A DNA stretch of 32,001 nucleotides. Origin: Rhizaria sp. SCN 62-66 (taxonomy: Eukaryota). Below the pieces are notes generated by a model, which was not told where the DNA came from, ran no database searches, and saw only the letters and a list, made by a program, of their open reading frames with translations. This document shows positions 12,601 through 23,379 of the stretch, in pieces (positions within the stretch are counted from its first letter, which is position 1; each line of letters opens with the position of its first letter). The translations under genes were made by a program, and so were the position numbers. The stretch is from positions 1-32,001 of the forward strand of contig MEDY01000347.1 of the NCBI GenBank assembly GCA_001724265.1, read 5' to 3'.

Positions 12601-14107
12601 TACTGCCGAGTCGTCGCGGACGATGCCGCAGCGCGTCATGTCCGCCGGCGCTGCGCGTCCGTCGCGCGGAGTCGCGGCCGGGCTCGGCGGCGGCATTGCG
12701 CCCTTGCTCGCAGCCGCGACCAGCAACGCCAGTGGCGGCGCCGGCGGGCATGCGATCTCGGGCGGAAAGAGCAGCTCTAGCGCGAGCAGCCTTGCCACTG
12801 CGCTCAACGGAAACGCACCTGCAAGTCTTGGTAGTATCGCCATCCCGGCCGCCCCTGCCCCGCACGGTAACAGCAGCTCCAGCACCTCCGTCGGTGCATC
12901 GCCCCACAGCGCGGCGATGCCTGGCTACGCCCCCCGCGCGTACGCCACCACGCCTAACGGCTTCGCCCCCGGCTTCGCTTACCCCGCCGGCGGCAGCTTC
13001 ACCGGCTCGCACCCCGGATTCGCCCCCATTCCCGCCGGCTTCGCCTCCGGTCCCGGTGTGTTTAGCCATCATACCGCCCCGGGCTTCGCCGGGTTCGCCC
13101 CCGGCGCGCACGGCGGCTTCCCCCAACCCACACCCGGGCTCGGTCCTGTCTACGGCTACCCTCAGACCCATGGTCACGTACAGGGCCACGGTCGCGGCGT
13201 GACGCCCAGCGCGTCCCCCGGGCTCGGCCTGCCCCCGTCGGGCTACAACTACGCAGTGGGCAGCCCCGGCTCGAGCTCGCTACCGGGAGGCTTGAGCTCT
13301 GCCAACAACGCCGCTGCATCTAACGCGGTTGCGGGCGCCGCTATTGCCGGGTCTGCAGCGGGCACCGACACGGAATTAAATCACGCCCAGTCACAGACAC
13401 TTCCGCAGTCGTAGTCACACGGACTGGAGAGGACGACGACGCCGAGTCTGGCCGCCGCCCCGTCTCCCGGTCAAGCAATCCGCAGCACGCAGTTCCCACA
13501 ACAGCAACAACAGCAAAGTGTGTTTTCGTATCCAACTCCGTCACCGCCTCTCTCGTCGCAACAGCAACAGCAGCAACAGCAACAACAGCATCAACAGCAC
13601 ATGATGATGACGATGGGCATGATTCCTCACTCAACCCCGCTGTCGCAGGCTCTGCCAGCGAACGGCGGCTACCCTGCTCACAATATGTACCCTGCTGCTC
13701 AGCAGCATCAGCAGCATCAACCGTACGGTTTTTCCCAGTCTTCGTCGGCATTCTCGATGTCAAACGCTGCCCACGGCCATTCCCCTGCCCACGGCGGTCT
13801 GTCGGTGTCTGTCACCGGGCTCAGGTCCACGGCAGGCACTCCGGCTCCCATTGCGGCGACGTCCTACAGCGTCACGAACGCTATCGCGAACGCGAATGTG
13901 AACGGCAGCACACTCACGAACTCTTCCTCGAACGCGAACTTGAAGTCGAGCAACGTGAGCGCGAACGACAACATCAACGCTGGCACTAATGCGGGTGCAG
14001 CTGCGGACGCGACTAACGGTTTAAACAATGCTAATGCTTCCAATGGCAACACTGGGTCGAGTTCGATGCTGAAGCGTTCGCTCACTGACCGTGGCATCAG
14101 CCGGTAA
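680..14107 (+). CDS. Giant (~4,475 aa) membrane protein with a degenerate hexosaminidase D-like (GH20) domain, two TM helices and long low-complexity tails; contains 3 in-frame TAG codons
   Basis: ORFs 680-1162, 1196-1519, 1586-13414 and 13520-14107 are all in one frame and are separated only by single TAGs (1160, 1517, 13412). The first TAA is at 14105-14107, followed by AT-rich DNA. HEXD-like blocks: RMVHLDV..GATHLLIDW..LPW (~6413-6540), FVHVG (~7364), PLVSDD, LWGGAVYRGA, GIVLMG, EPLAAALPALAASL, FPGA (~9662). TM segments at ~5954-6010 and ~11810-11866. The frame is open back to 545 with a possible acceptor at 563-564, so the true start may be further upstream. Confidence 0.8.
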
Positions 14108-14352
14108 CAGTTACACGTGCCATTTTTCATTTTTACATCGCAGTGTGTCTTTCGTACGATCTCGAGTATTCCATTTCCAAACTCGTTATTTAGTCTTAAA
14201 ACGTATTTTATTCAAACATGTGTGGTATCATGTGGCCATTTGCTTGGCACTAAGCGGAAAAAATCAGCAAGATATCACCAATACACATTATTGTTACTTA
14301 TCATGGCGATCCATCGACTCTTAAATAATTCGGTGTTTCACCTATTTCCAGC

Positions 14353-16170
14353 TCACTTCTTGACCCCGCGGACGGCCCGCGCGGCGGCCTCGTGCAGCGC
14401 GCGCGTCATGCGCTCCTCCTCCTCGGCAAGCAGCTCCATCTCGCGCGTGTGCGCGTCGCCGGCAGCCCCGCTCTGTTGCTGCCGCTTCGTCATCTGCGCG
14501 ACCTTGGCCTCGACCGTGGCCTGCGGCAGCCCCGCGCGCGGGGTCGCGATCGCGTCCGTCTCGACCTCCTCCTCGCCGCGCCACGCGTCCTCCTCCGTTT
14601 CCGCGCCGTCGACCTCGTTTTCATCGGCCGCGGTGCTGGTCGCGCCGCCGTCGCCGAGGGACATGCAGACGGTGTTGACGTCTTGCGCGAGCGCGCGCGC
14701 GGCCTCGGCCAGCTCGGGCGCGAGCTCGCCGCGGCCCGCCGCGTCGGCCGCCTTGTCCGCGACGCTCTGGATCTCGCCCGACACGCGCGCGGCGAGCTGC
14801 TCCGTCTGCCCCGACAGCACAGCGGCCACGTCCGCGCGCACCTGCTCCTCGCTCATCTCGGCCGGCTTGCGCGCAAGCATGAAGGCCAGCAGCGAGGGCC
14901 CGTGGAAGCTGCCGTCGGGCAGGATCACGCCCGCCGCGCGCAGCGACTCGGGGGTCGGGATGTCGGCCAGATCGACCAGCTCCGGCACCGCCGCGGCCTC
15001 GTACACCGTCTCGACGTACTCTGCGCCGGGCCCCTCTCCATTCCCAGTCTGCTCGCCGAGGGACTCTGCGGTCTCCTGGCTCAGCGCGGGCTCGGCCGAG
15101 AGCTGGCGGCGGCGGCGCATCTCGCGCGCCTCGGCGCTCAGCTCCTCGGGCGCCTCCTCCAGCTCGTAGCCCGCGGCGACCGAGTGCTGCCGCTTGGTGA
15201 TGGCGCCTTGCGCAAGCAAAGCGTCCAGCACCAGGTCCGTCGCGCCCTGCATGCGGTCGCGTGCCGCGCGGTGGTCGTGGTCAAAGCCGCAGAGGTGCAG
15301 GATGCCGTGGACGAGGATCACGGGCAGCTCGTCCGCGCCCGCCTTGGCCGCCAGGCCGCGCGCCGCAGCTTTGGACGCCGGCTTCGCGCTGCCACTCGCG
15401 GTGTTGCCCGCGCCCCCGCGGTTGAGAGCCTGGCGCTCGATGTAGGGCACGCAGAGGTAGATCTCGCCCAGGTCTGCGACGTCGCCGAACTCGACCAGCT
15501 GCATTTCCCCTTTGGGCTCCATCATGGGGAACGACAAGACGTCCGTCGCGGCGTCGACGCCGAGCGAGCTCTTGTTGAGCGCGTGCACCTCGGGCTCCAT
15601 CGACAGCATCACAGCAAGGTCAAAACGCGCCAGCCCCAGCACGTCGAGGATCTTGCGCGCGAGCGGCTGCACGTCGCGGTAGTCTGCGCTGTAGCTCGCG
15701 TCGAGACGGCGCACGACCACCACGGAGCCCTTGAAGTTGTCCGCGCGCCGCTGCTTTGTGTGGTCGTCGGCGCCGCCGCCCATGCCCGTCGTCGTGTAAG
15801 ACGCGTCCTCAAGCGGGGAAGGCGCCGTGGTCGACAGGGCGCGGACGGGGGCCGCGAGCGACAGCAGGGGGTCGGCCCGCTTAGAGTTCGCGAGGATGTC
15901 GTTGCGAGTGCGAGCGAGGGTGCGGGGGACGGTGGTGAAGGCGCGCTGGTGCGACAGACTGGCCAGGCTCTTGTTGACAGGGAAACTGAGTGACGCGTTG
16001 CGAGCAGCGGCCACGGCATCGCTCCTGCTGTGACTGCTGCTGTTGCTGTTACGAGGGCTGAAGGCGGAGCTGAGACGAGCAGTCACGGTGGCGGCGCTGC
16101 TGAGGTTGCAGACAGCTCCACTTGTAAGCGCGGTTGTGCTGAGGGCGCCCAGGGCACGGCGCATGCTCAT
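14353..16170 (-). CDS. YBEY: YbeY-family endoribonuclease/rRNA maturation factor with N-terminal mitochondrial-type presequence and long C-terminal extension (605 aa)
   Basis: Signature motifs LN..TDVLSFP, LGEIYLC and the metal-binding HGILHLCGFDH (H-x3-H-x5-H). The N-terminus is rich in R/S/A/L and poor in acidic residues (MSMRRALGALSTT...). Ends at TGA. Confidence 0.88.
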   Translation of the reverse strand: MSMRRALGALSTTALTSGAVCNLSSAATVTARLSSAFSPRNSNSSSHSRSDAVAAARNASLSFPVNKSLASLSHQRAFTTVPRTLARTRNDILANSKRADPLLSLAAPVRALSTTAPSPLEDASYTTTGMGGGADDHTKQRRADNFKGSVVVVRRLDASYSADYRDVQPLARKILDVLGLARFDLAVMLSMEPEVHALNKSSLGVDAATDVLSFPMMEPKGEMQLVEFGDVADLGEIYLCVPYIERQALNRGGAGNTASGSAKPASKAAARGLAAKAGADELPVILVHGILHLCGFDHDHRAARDRMQGATDLVLDALLAQGAITKRQHSVAAGYELEEAPEELSAEAREMRRRRQLSAEPALSQETAESLGEQTGNGEGPGAEYVETVYEAAAVPELVDLADIPTPESLRAAGVILPDGSFHGPSLLAFMLARKPAEMSEEQVRADVAAVLSGQTEQLAARVSGEIQSVADKAADAAGRGELAPELAEAARALAQDVNTVCMSLGDGGATSTAADENEVDGAETEEDAWRGEEEVETDAIATPRAGLPQATVEAKVAQMTKRQQQSGAAGDAHTREMELLAEEEERMTRALHEAAARAVRGVKK

Positions 16171-16704
16171 GGAGTAGCCTCGACTGGTGGGTAGAACGTA
16201 TCCATAGATGGTTGTGCGGAGCGAGAGCGTAATGGGGCGGGGTTGCGGTCAAGGGAGAGTGCGACGACAGGAAAGTAAGGAGTACGTGAGGTCAATGTCC
16301 GTCAACAGCGATTTATAACACGTATAATACAGGAGCGCCAAAATGATATACGGCCTCTTAATAAAAACTGTACTAATGCTTTTCTGGACCTTGTTTGACG
16401 TGATATGCGATGAAATGGCAGCTTGGCTGTGGGTAGGACCGAGAAAATGGGGATGTTCCCAACGGCTCCAAGCCTCGATGTTTCCTGTGAAAACCTGACC
16501 GTGTTATTCGGAGTGTGATTATAATATAGCAGGTTCAGATATTGATCCAGTTAATAGAATATGAAATATATTTTGCTTTTGTGATACACGAATGTCTTCA
16601 CCCAGAGCTCACTCATCTTCCATCCTCTCTCTGCCCACCGTTTTGCCGTTGGCTGACGCGCGCCCCATTCCTCATCTCTGCGATGCATACAGCAGTCTCT
16701 GCTC

Positions 16705-17316
16705 ATGGGCAAGAAACCCAGGGGCGGCAAGGGCGGTGGATCTAACCCTCCCCAGCCCAAATCTGCGACTACCAATAACAACAACAACAGCACCAAGCCT
16801 GGCTCGCAGGCCGCCGCCGCCGCACTCACCGCCGCGACCGCCCCGGTTACGGTGACCGTCGCAGCCCCCGCCGACAACGATAACGACACCGGCAATAGCA
16901 CCGGCGTCCGCGCAGGCGCCCCTGAGGTAGGCGAGCTGCCTTTCACGGTCGCCGACATCCATCCCAGACTCGCGTCTTCCGCTTCCGTGAGTGCCGTGGC
17001 GTCACCGTCCGGCGGCCGCGGGTCGTTCGTCGCCCAGCGCATCGACACGCTCGCCGCGGCCGCCGAGGCCAGCGCCCGCCCGCGAGCGTCGCTGTCCAAC
17101 GGGCAGATCCGCTTTGACATCACCACCACGCACTCGGCCCCCAGCGTCGGCGCCGCCCCCGCCTTGGGCGACGCGTTCCAGGAAGACGACTAGGACGGCG
17201 CGTTCGCAAAGAAGGCCCTCGGCAGCAGCATCATGGGGCCCGCCAAGGCGTCTGCCGAGGCCGAGCTGGCCCGCTCGCTCGTTGCCGAGGGCACGGTGCA
17301 CACGCGCGCTGACTTG

Positions 17317-17347
<31 letters not shown>

Positions 17348-20300
17348 CCGTGGCCAGCAACCCCCTCGCGACGCCGACCCGCCTGCCCCGCACGCCCAAC
17401 AACGGCAACGGCCACGGCAGCACTCCGCGTAACGGCGCCACCTCTGGTGCGGGTGTGCTTGGCGCCAGCGACGGGTTCGTCATCCGCCGCGCGGCCGAGA
17501 TCACCGAGCTCGGCAAGGTCCCCTTCGACAGCAGCAACGTCGCTCCGCTCCGCGCGCGCGCCCGCGCCCTCGCCGTCGCGCGCCTCTCCGCCAAGACTAA
17601 GACCCAGGACGACTGCGCTGGCGCTGAGGCTGACTCGGCGATGGCCGCCGCTGCCGCCGCCGCGGCCGCCGCGCTGGTCGTCCCGCCCGTCCCAGGCGCG
17701 GCGGCCGTCCGCGACTCGACCGTGACGGCGGCCATGAAGACGCTGCGCAGCAAGCAGAGCATTGTCAAGCGCTCGCGCGCGCTCTATGATCTCTCGGCCG
17801 TGTACCGCCTGCTCACTGTCTCGCGCACTGAGGCCGTCGTTGCGGCGCCCGAGCCCGCGCTGGCGCTTTGGGCGCGGCACCCCGCCAACCCGCACTGCAC
17901 CGCGCCGGCCCCCGGGCTTGATGTAAGTACCCCTTACCCCGTGCCGAGCGCCGCGGTCTCCGCGAATGGCAGTTTCAGCGCGCACACGCCGAGCCGCAGC
18001 AGCCGCGCCGCGTCCCCCTTCGCCTCCCCCGCCGCTACCGGCCGCAGCAACGGAGACTCGGCAGACGCGGACGCGAGCGCCGGCGAGGGCCCTATGACGC
18101 CCTCGCGCGGCCGCAACCGCCGTCACCCCAGCCGCAACACTCCGCGCGGCACGCCGAACGCCGCGGCGACGACGGACGACGACGCCACGACCAGCAATAG
18201 TGCCAGCGTCAGTGCGAGCGCCACGCCGTCCCGCTCCCCCAGCGCCCGCACCCACAACAACGGCGCCGGCGCCGGCAACGGCAGCGGCAGCGTCAGCAAC
18301 ACGCCCAACACGCTCGCACCGCCTGCGGCGCTGTTGGGCGTGGCGCCGCACGGGATTAAGATTAGCGCCTTCGCGGCCTCCCCGTCCCCCGCCCCCACCC
18401 CGCGTCGCGGCCGCAGCGGTCACGGCCAAGGTAACACGACTGCGTCCGAGGCCGCCGCCACGGCTATCACGGCCGACGCGCCCCAGAAGCTCCGATGCGC
18501 GCTCTTCGCGCGGCCGCAGCCCGGCGCCCAACCGGGGGCCGCGGGTGGGGAGGTCTGCGCGCGCCCCTCGGAGGTGGAGGCGCTGATCGACGCGGCCGGG
18601 GGGCCCACGGGCGCTCTCGTGCACCTCCAGCGGCTCATGGCGGCCGCGCGCGGCGCCTTCACGTCCTTTGCCGAGCTCACTGCGGCCGTTGAGGTCCTCG
18701 CGCGGCCTTACAAGGAGATGGAGAAATCGGCGGCGAGTGATGAGGTCGAGTTCCAGGCCGCGCACGCCGCGGCATCCGCCTTGTCTTCGTCGGCTGAGAG
18801 CAAGGCTGACGAGGACGACGAGTCCCCCATGGCGCTTCAGGTACGTTCTGGAGGATACATCTCACTCTAACAATATGTTTCTAAAACTCCACATCGATAT
18901 TTACTGACAAGGACTTTCTAATCTTACCAACTATTGTCGTAATTCACTTGAAGTCGTTTTATTTTTCTCATATCATCGAATACCATTTCGTTTGACTCTT
19001 TCACATCTTTGCTTCCCTTTTCTCAGGCTCGCTTGTCCCGCCAGGCATTCTCCCGCGCCGCGCACCCCGCCCGCCGCTCCGTGGGCGCGCTGCTTAATGA
19101 CGGGACCGTGTCCTTCGACGTGGCCGAAGTGCTGGAGGAGCTGGTCGAGGAGGACGTCAACTTCCACTGGGAGCTCTTCGTCGCCGACAAGCAGGACCTC
19201 GAGTCCCCCGCCTTCTGGCTCGGCGCCGAACGGAACCCCGAGTCCGCGCCCGCCAAGGCGCTCGCGCTGCTGGCCGCGAACCGCTCGCTGCCGGTGTCGG
19301 CGCTCGCGTCCCCGCGAAGGCCCGTCGTGCCGCTCACCCCCAGCGCCACATCCAGCACCAACTCCGTTGCCGACGGCATCATGCTTACCCCGCCCTCGAG
19401 CGCTAGCAAGGCCAGCAGCAGCGGCGGGCTGACGGTGCACCCGCCCGCGACGCCCCGCACCCCACGCACGCTGCCCTTCGCCACGCCCAGCGGCTCGCTC
19501 AGCGGCTCTCATGGCGGAGTGACTCCGATCCTTCCGCCGTTGACGCCTTCGCAATCACAATCGCACGCCGACGCCCGCACCCGCCGCGCGCGCTCGCAGC
19601 TGTCGCTGGCGCGGCTCATGCAGCAGCAGGCGCGCAATGAGGCCGCGCGCAAGTTCGTCACCTTCCAGCTCACGATGGCGGCGGCACAGTGCAACGCCGC
19701 CGCGATGGAGCGCTACACGGCTTACCTCGTCACGAACGGCATCGCGTCCGACTCCGAGTCCAGCGCGACCGTCCAGGCGCAGGTGGGCGCGCAGAGCCAG
19801 AGCGCGGTGCACTGCGCGAAGTTCGCTGACGTGTTCCCCGCCGCCGACGCAGAGGCCACCGCGGCCGCCGCGGGCGCGCTGTTCCCAGCGTACCCCCTCG
19901 TTCTGACGCACGCGCACGTGTCGGAGCTGCTGGTCGCCGCGCTGGGCGCCGTGCCCGCGCAGGCGCACCTGGCGACGCTCAAGCACGAGGCCGCGCGCGC
20001 GAGCAGCGACCGCCGGCCCGCCCGTCCTCAGCCCCTGCTGCTGGCGACTTGTGACCGCGAGCGCGGCTACGGCGCCCTGCTGTCCCTGCGCTCCCTCGGC
20101 AGCGCGCTCGCGTTGCTGTCGCTGCCGATCATCGTCCACGCGGACCTGATGCACGAGACGCTCATCGCGCTGCGCCCTGCGGCCGCCCCCACCGCTGCCG
20201 CCGACGCCGCCGAGGGCATCAACACGAGCGCGCAGGACCGCGGCGAGATCCTCAACGACTTGACCGCGCACTACGCGGTGCCCACGGTCTCGGCCGAGCT

Positions 20301-22710
20301 GGCGACGGTCGGCATCCGGGCCGGCGACGCGCTGCTGGGTGTGGCCGATGCGTTCGCGCAGGTCGGCCAGGAGGCCGCGTTGCCGCCGCTGCTCGCCGCC
20401 GCGCGCCGCCACGCCGCCAACGCCGACGTCGAGAACGACGAGGAGGAGTTTAGCGCCGCGGAGAGTGCGCTGCCGGAGCGTCCCCACGCGTTGCAGATTG
20501 TCGCCGCAGCGGCCGACTATGCCGCGACGGTCACGGGGCTGCCCGCGGCGACGCAGCGCCTGTTCTACCGCCTGCTGCTCAAGCAGCACGGTCTGGCCCC
20601 GGTTGTGAACCCTGCCAACCGGACCGAGGCCGTAGCGCTATGCCCCGCCGGCTCGCTCGAGGCCGTCACCGCCGCCACCGCCGCGGCCGCGGCCGCCGTC
20701 GCCGCCAGCCGGGCCGCAACCGGCGACGCCGCGGCCGCTGCTCAAACCGAGGAGCAGGTCACTGCAGTGAGCGGTGTCGCCGCTGACAGCGCTGTGCACA
20801 CCGCCGTTACGTACGACGACGAGGAGGAGGACGCGGTCGAGCCCGAACCGCTGCTTATCTCGTACTCCTGTGGTAATCCGCCCGAGGTGGTCATCGAGAC
20901 CGTGTCCGCCGCCATTACTGACGCGGCCGACGTCGACTCCGCTGCCGCTGACGCCGACACCGACGCGGACAGCGGCGAGAGCGCAGACGCTGTGGCCGCG
21001 TTTGCCGACGCGTGCTCCGCCGAGGCCGCCGAGGCCTGGGGCGCGCGCGCGGGCGCGATGCGCGCCGAGGAGGAGGGCGACGAAGAGGAGCTCGCGGCTC
21101 GCCAGCAGCAGCTCGCGTTCCGCCAGTTCGCGCGCCAGACCCGCGCCTCGGCGCTCGCGACCGCGGCCGAGAAGCGCGCGGCGGGCGCCGAGCTGGATGA
21201 GGACGAGGCGGCGCTGCTGGCCGAGACGGCGGGCGAGCGGCGCGTGCGCGAGCGGCTTGAGGCAGACGAGGACCGCGAGGTCGAGTCGTTCGAGCGTGAG
21301 GCGGCGGCTCGCAAGCAGCAGCACCGCGAGGCCGTCGAGGCTCACGCGCTGCAGCAGGCGCAGCTCGCGCGCCGGGCCAAGCGCAGCGCCGTGCGCGCGA
21401 TGCTCGCGCGGTCCTACCAGGCTTTCTTCGTGGCCCCCGTGGCGCCCGAGCTGCCGGTGATCGTGCCCGAGCCGCTGCCGGAGCCGGTCGTGGTGGCCGC
21501 GGTGGCCGTTGTCGCGCATACGGTTGCGCCTGAGCACGCCGTGACCATCCTGCCCGCGGTTGCCCAGGCCGCCGCGGCTGGCGCCAACACCGAGACGGCT
21601 CCTGTGCCTGCTCTTGCTCCTGCGAAGGGCGAGGCTGGGCTCACCGTGAGAGTCGTGGCCGAGGACGCTGACGCCGAGGCGAAGGCTGAGGCTGAGGCCG
21701 AGGCTGCTGCGAAGGCCAAGGCTGCTGCTGCTGCTGAGGCCGCCGCAGCAGCTGCTGCTGCTGCCAAGGCTGAGGTTCAGGCAAAGGCAAAGGCTGCTGC
21801 TGACGCGAAGGCCAAGGCTGACGCTGAGGCTGCTGTCGCTGCTAAGGCGAAGGCTGACGCTGATGCCAAAGCTGCTGCCGATGCCGATAACGAGGCTGAG
21901 GCTAAGTCAAAGGCTGCCGAGGCTGAGAAGGCAGTGTCGAGCGAGACGACTGCTGCCCCCGCTGCTGTCGCTATCGTTGCTCCCGGCACGCCGTCGAACA
22001 AACTGGGCCGCTACACTTTCACCGCGACCCCCACCGCGTCGGCCGCGGCCACGCCCGCGATGACGCCCGCGCCCTTCGGCTTCGGCCGCAACGGCGGCGC
22101 GGCGGGGCACAACGACTCGGTCGCCATGAGCAGCTTCAAGACTCCCGGCAACAACAACGCGACTGCGGCCGCGACGCCTGCGACCGGCACCTCCATCCGG
22201 GGCACTCCGTTTACCCCTGGCTCCGGCCGGTACTCGTTCGGCCCAGTCAACCTCGCATCAGCTCTCAACTCTACTAAACCTACCCCCAGCGCCGACAAGA
22301 CTGCTGTTGAGGATGATGATGATGATGCGGACGCGACTGTTGGCGGTGGCAAGGGCCGCGCGCCGCGGCGGTACTCCTACGCGCCGTCGCAGCACGAGCT
22401 CGACGCGGCGCGCGCGGACCAGGACCTCGACGACATCGGCGACGCGCTGGCCAGCCGCGGCAATGCCGACGGCAAGCAGGGCGGCGACAACGACCGCCCC
22501 GATGACCTGGACGACCTCGACACCGATGACGCTGCTGACGTCAGCAAGATCGGCGCCGGCAAGCCCCGGAGCAAGGCGGCCGCGGCCGGCGAGGCGCTGG
22601 GCGAGCGCCCCGCACGCTGCAATTCTCCTGGCACAGGCATCTTCAGCAAGAGCGTGTCGCTGCTGAGCTTCGTCGGTATTAATACCGAGCACCTCGCTGT
22701 CGAGTGGTAA
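16705..22710 (+). CDS. Large uncharacterised protein (~1,939 aa), Ala/Pro/Ser-rich with charged coiled-coil segments; 2 exons (16705-18840, 19027-22710); one in-frame TAG at 17191
   Basis: ORFs 16705-17193 and 17233-18870 share a frame across a single TAG (GAC TAG GAC GGC...). Phase-0 intron CAG|GTACGT...TTTTCTCAG|GCT joins to ORF 19009-22710, which ends at TAA before T-rich UTR. GC3-rich codon usage throughout. Confidence 0.8.
18841..19026 (+). other. Spliceosomal intron (186 nt, phase 0)
   Basis: GTACGT donor, AT-rich body with an in-frame stop, pyrimidine tract and CAG acceptor; removal restores the frame. Confidence 0.88.
21661..21932 (+). repeat. Degenerate Ala/Lys/Glu/Asp coding repeat (AEAKAEAEAEAAAKAKAAAA...AKAKADA), predicted helical stalk
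   Basis: Recurrent gct/gag/aag/gac codon units (aaggctgag, gctgctgct, aaggctgac) visible in the sequence. Confidence 0.7.
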
Positions 22711-23379
22711 AGTGCACTTGTTGTCGATTTTTCTTTTCGTTTTCTTTTCGTTAAAAGTTGTAGTTTCTTTATCACGGTCGGACACGTTTGCCATGTCTTT
22801 GTCTCTTTTTAGTTATGTTTACGTTTCGTGGGTCGTTGTGACATTTCTCTTTTTAGTTTTCATTTTGTTTATAAGTACTCACATCATTGAGTGTGAGCAC
22901 GCATTGTGGCTCGTTTGCGGGGGAGTGTGTCCCCCGTGCCGGCCACTTGCATGAGTGTTCGCAGTTTCTCTTTTGTATCAACACCTACTTCACACTTGGT
23001 TACTTGGTTCATGCACTGACTGCTGTCTTGCTGTCACGCAGTCATAACATGCAATCAATAGTAGTAAGCTTACCAATAATACATTTAAATCCAGAATATA
23101 AAAACGATGACAAAGCTTAACACATAGAGAAGTGCAAAGTCCACTGTTACAGAACTTTGAGGCGCACAGATTGAATTGTCGCTAGCTTGCACGGGTTGCT
23201 CAAAGTAATTTGTATTTCTTTCTTAAACGTATAAGTTATGGTGTTTCCAGAAACATGTCTAGGAATACACTGTATAAACAATGCTCCTTCTCAGTCACCT
23301 CTGCATTTCTTAAATGTAATTTCTGGAACGGACAGGTCCTGCATTCGTCATCGTGTTGGCATCCAATTCGCAATTTGCT

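Noticed and set aside
1586-13414. The 3,942-aa ORF taken as the complete gene, with 680-1162, 1196-1519 and 13520-14107 as separate small genes
   Set aside because: All four lie in one frame, are separated only by single TAG codons, and have no AT-rich intergenic DNA between them.
16400-16500. Possible box C/D snoRNA (GCGATGA...CTGA), and a similar ATGATGA at 27841
   Set aside because: The first has an imperfect box C and the second lacks a nearby box D. No terminal stem or rRNA-complementary guide could be identified by eye.
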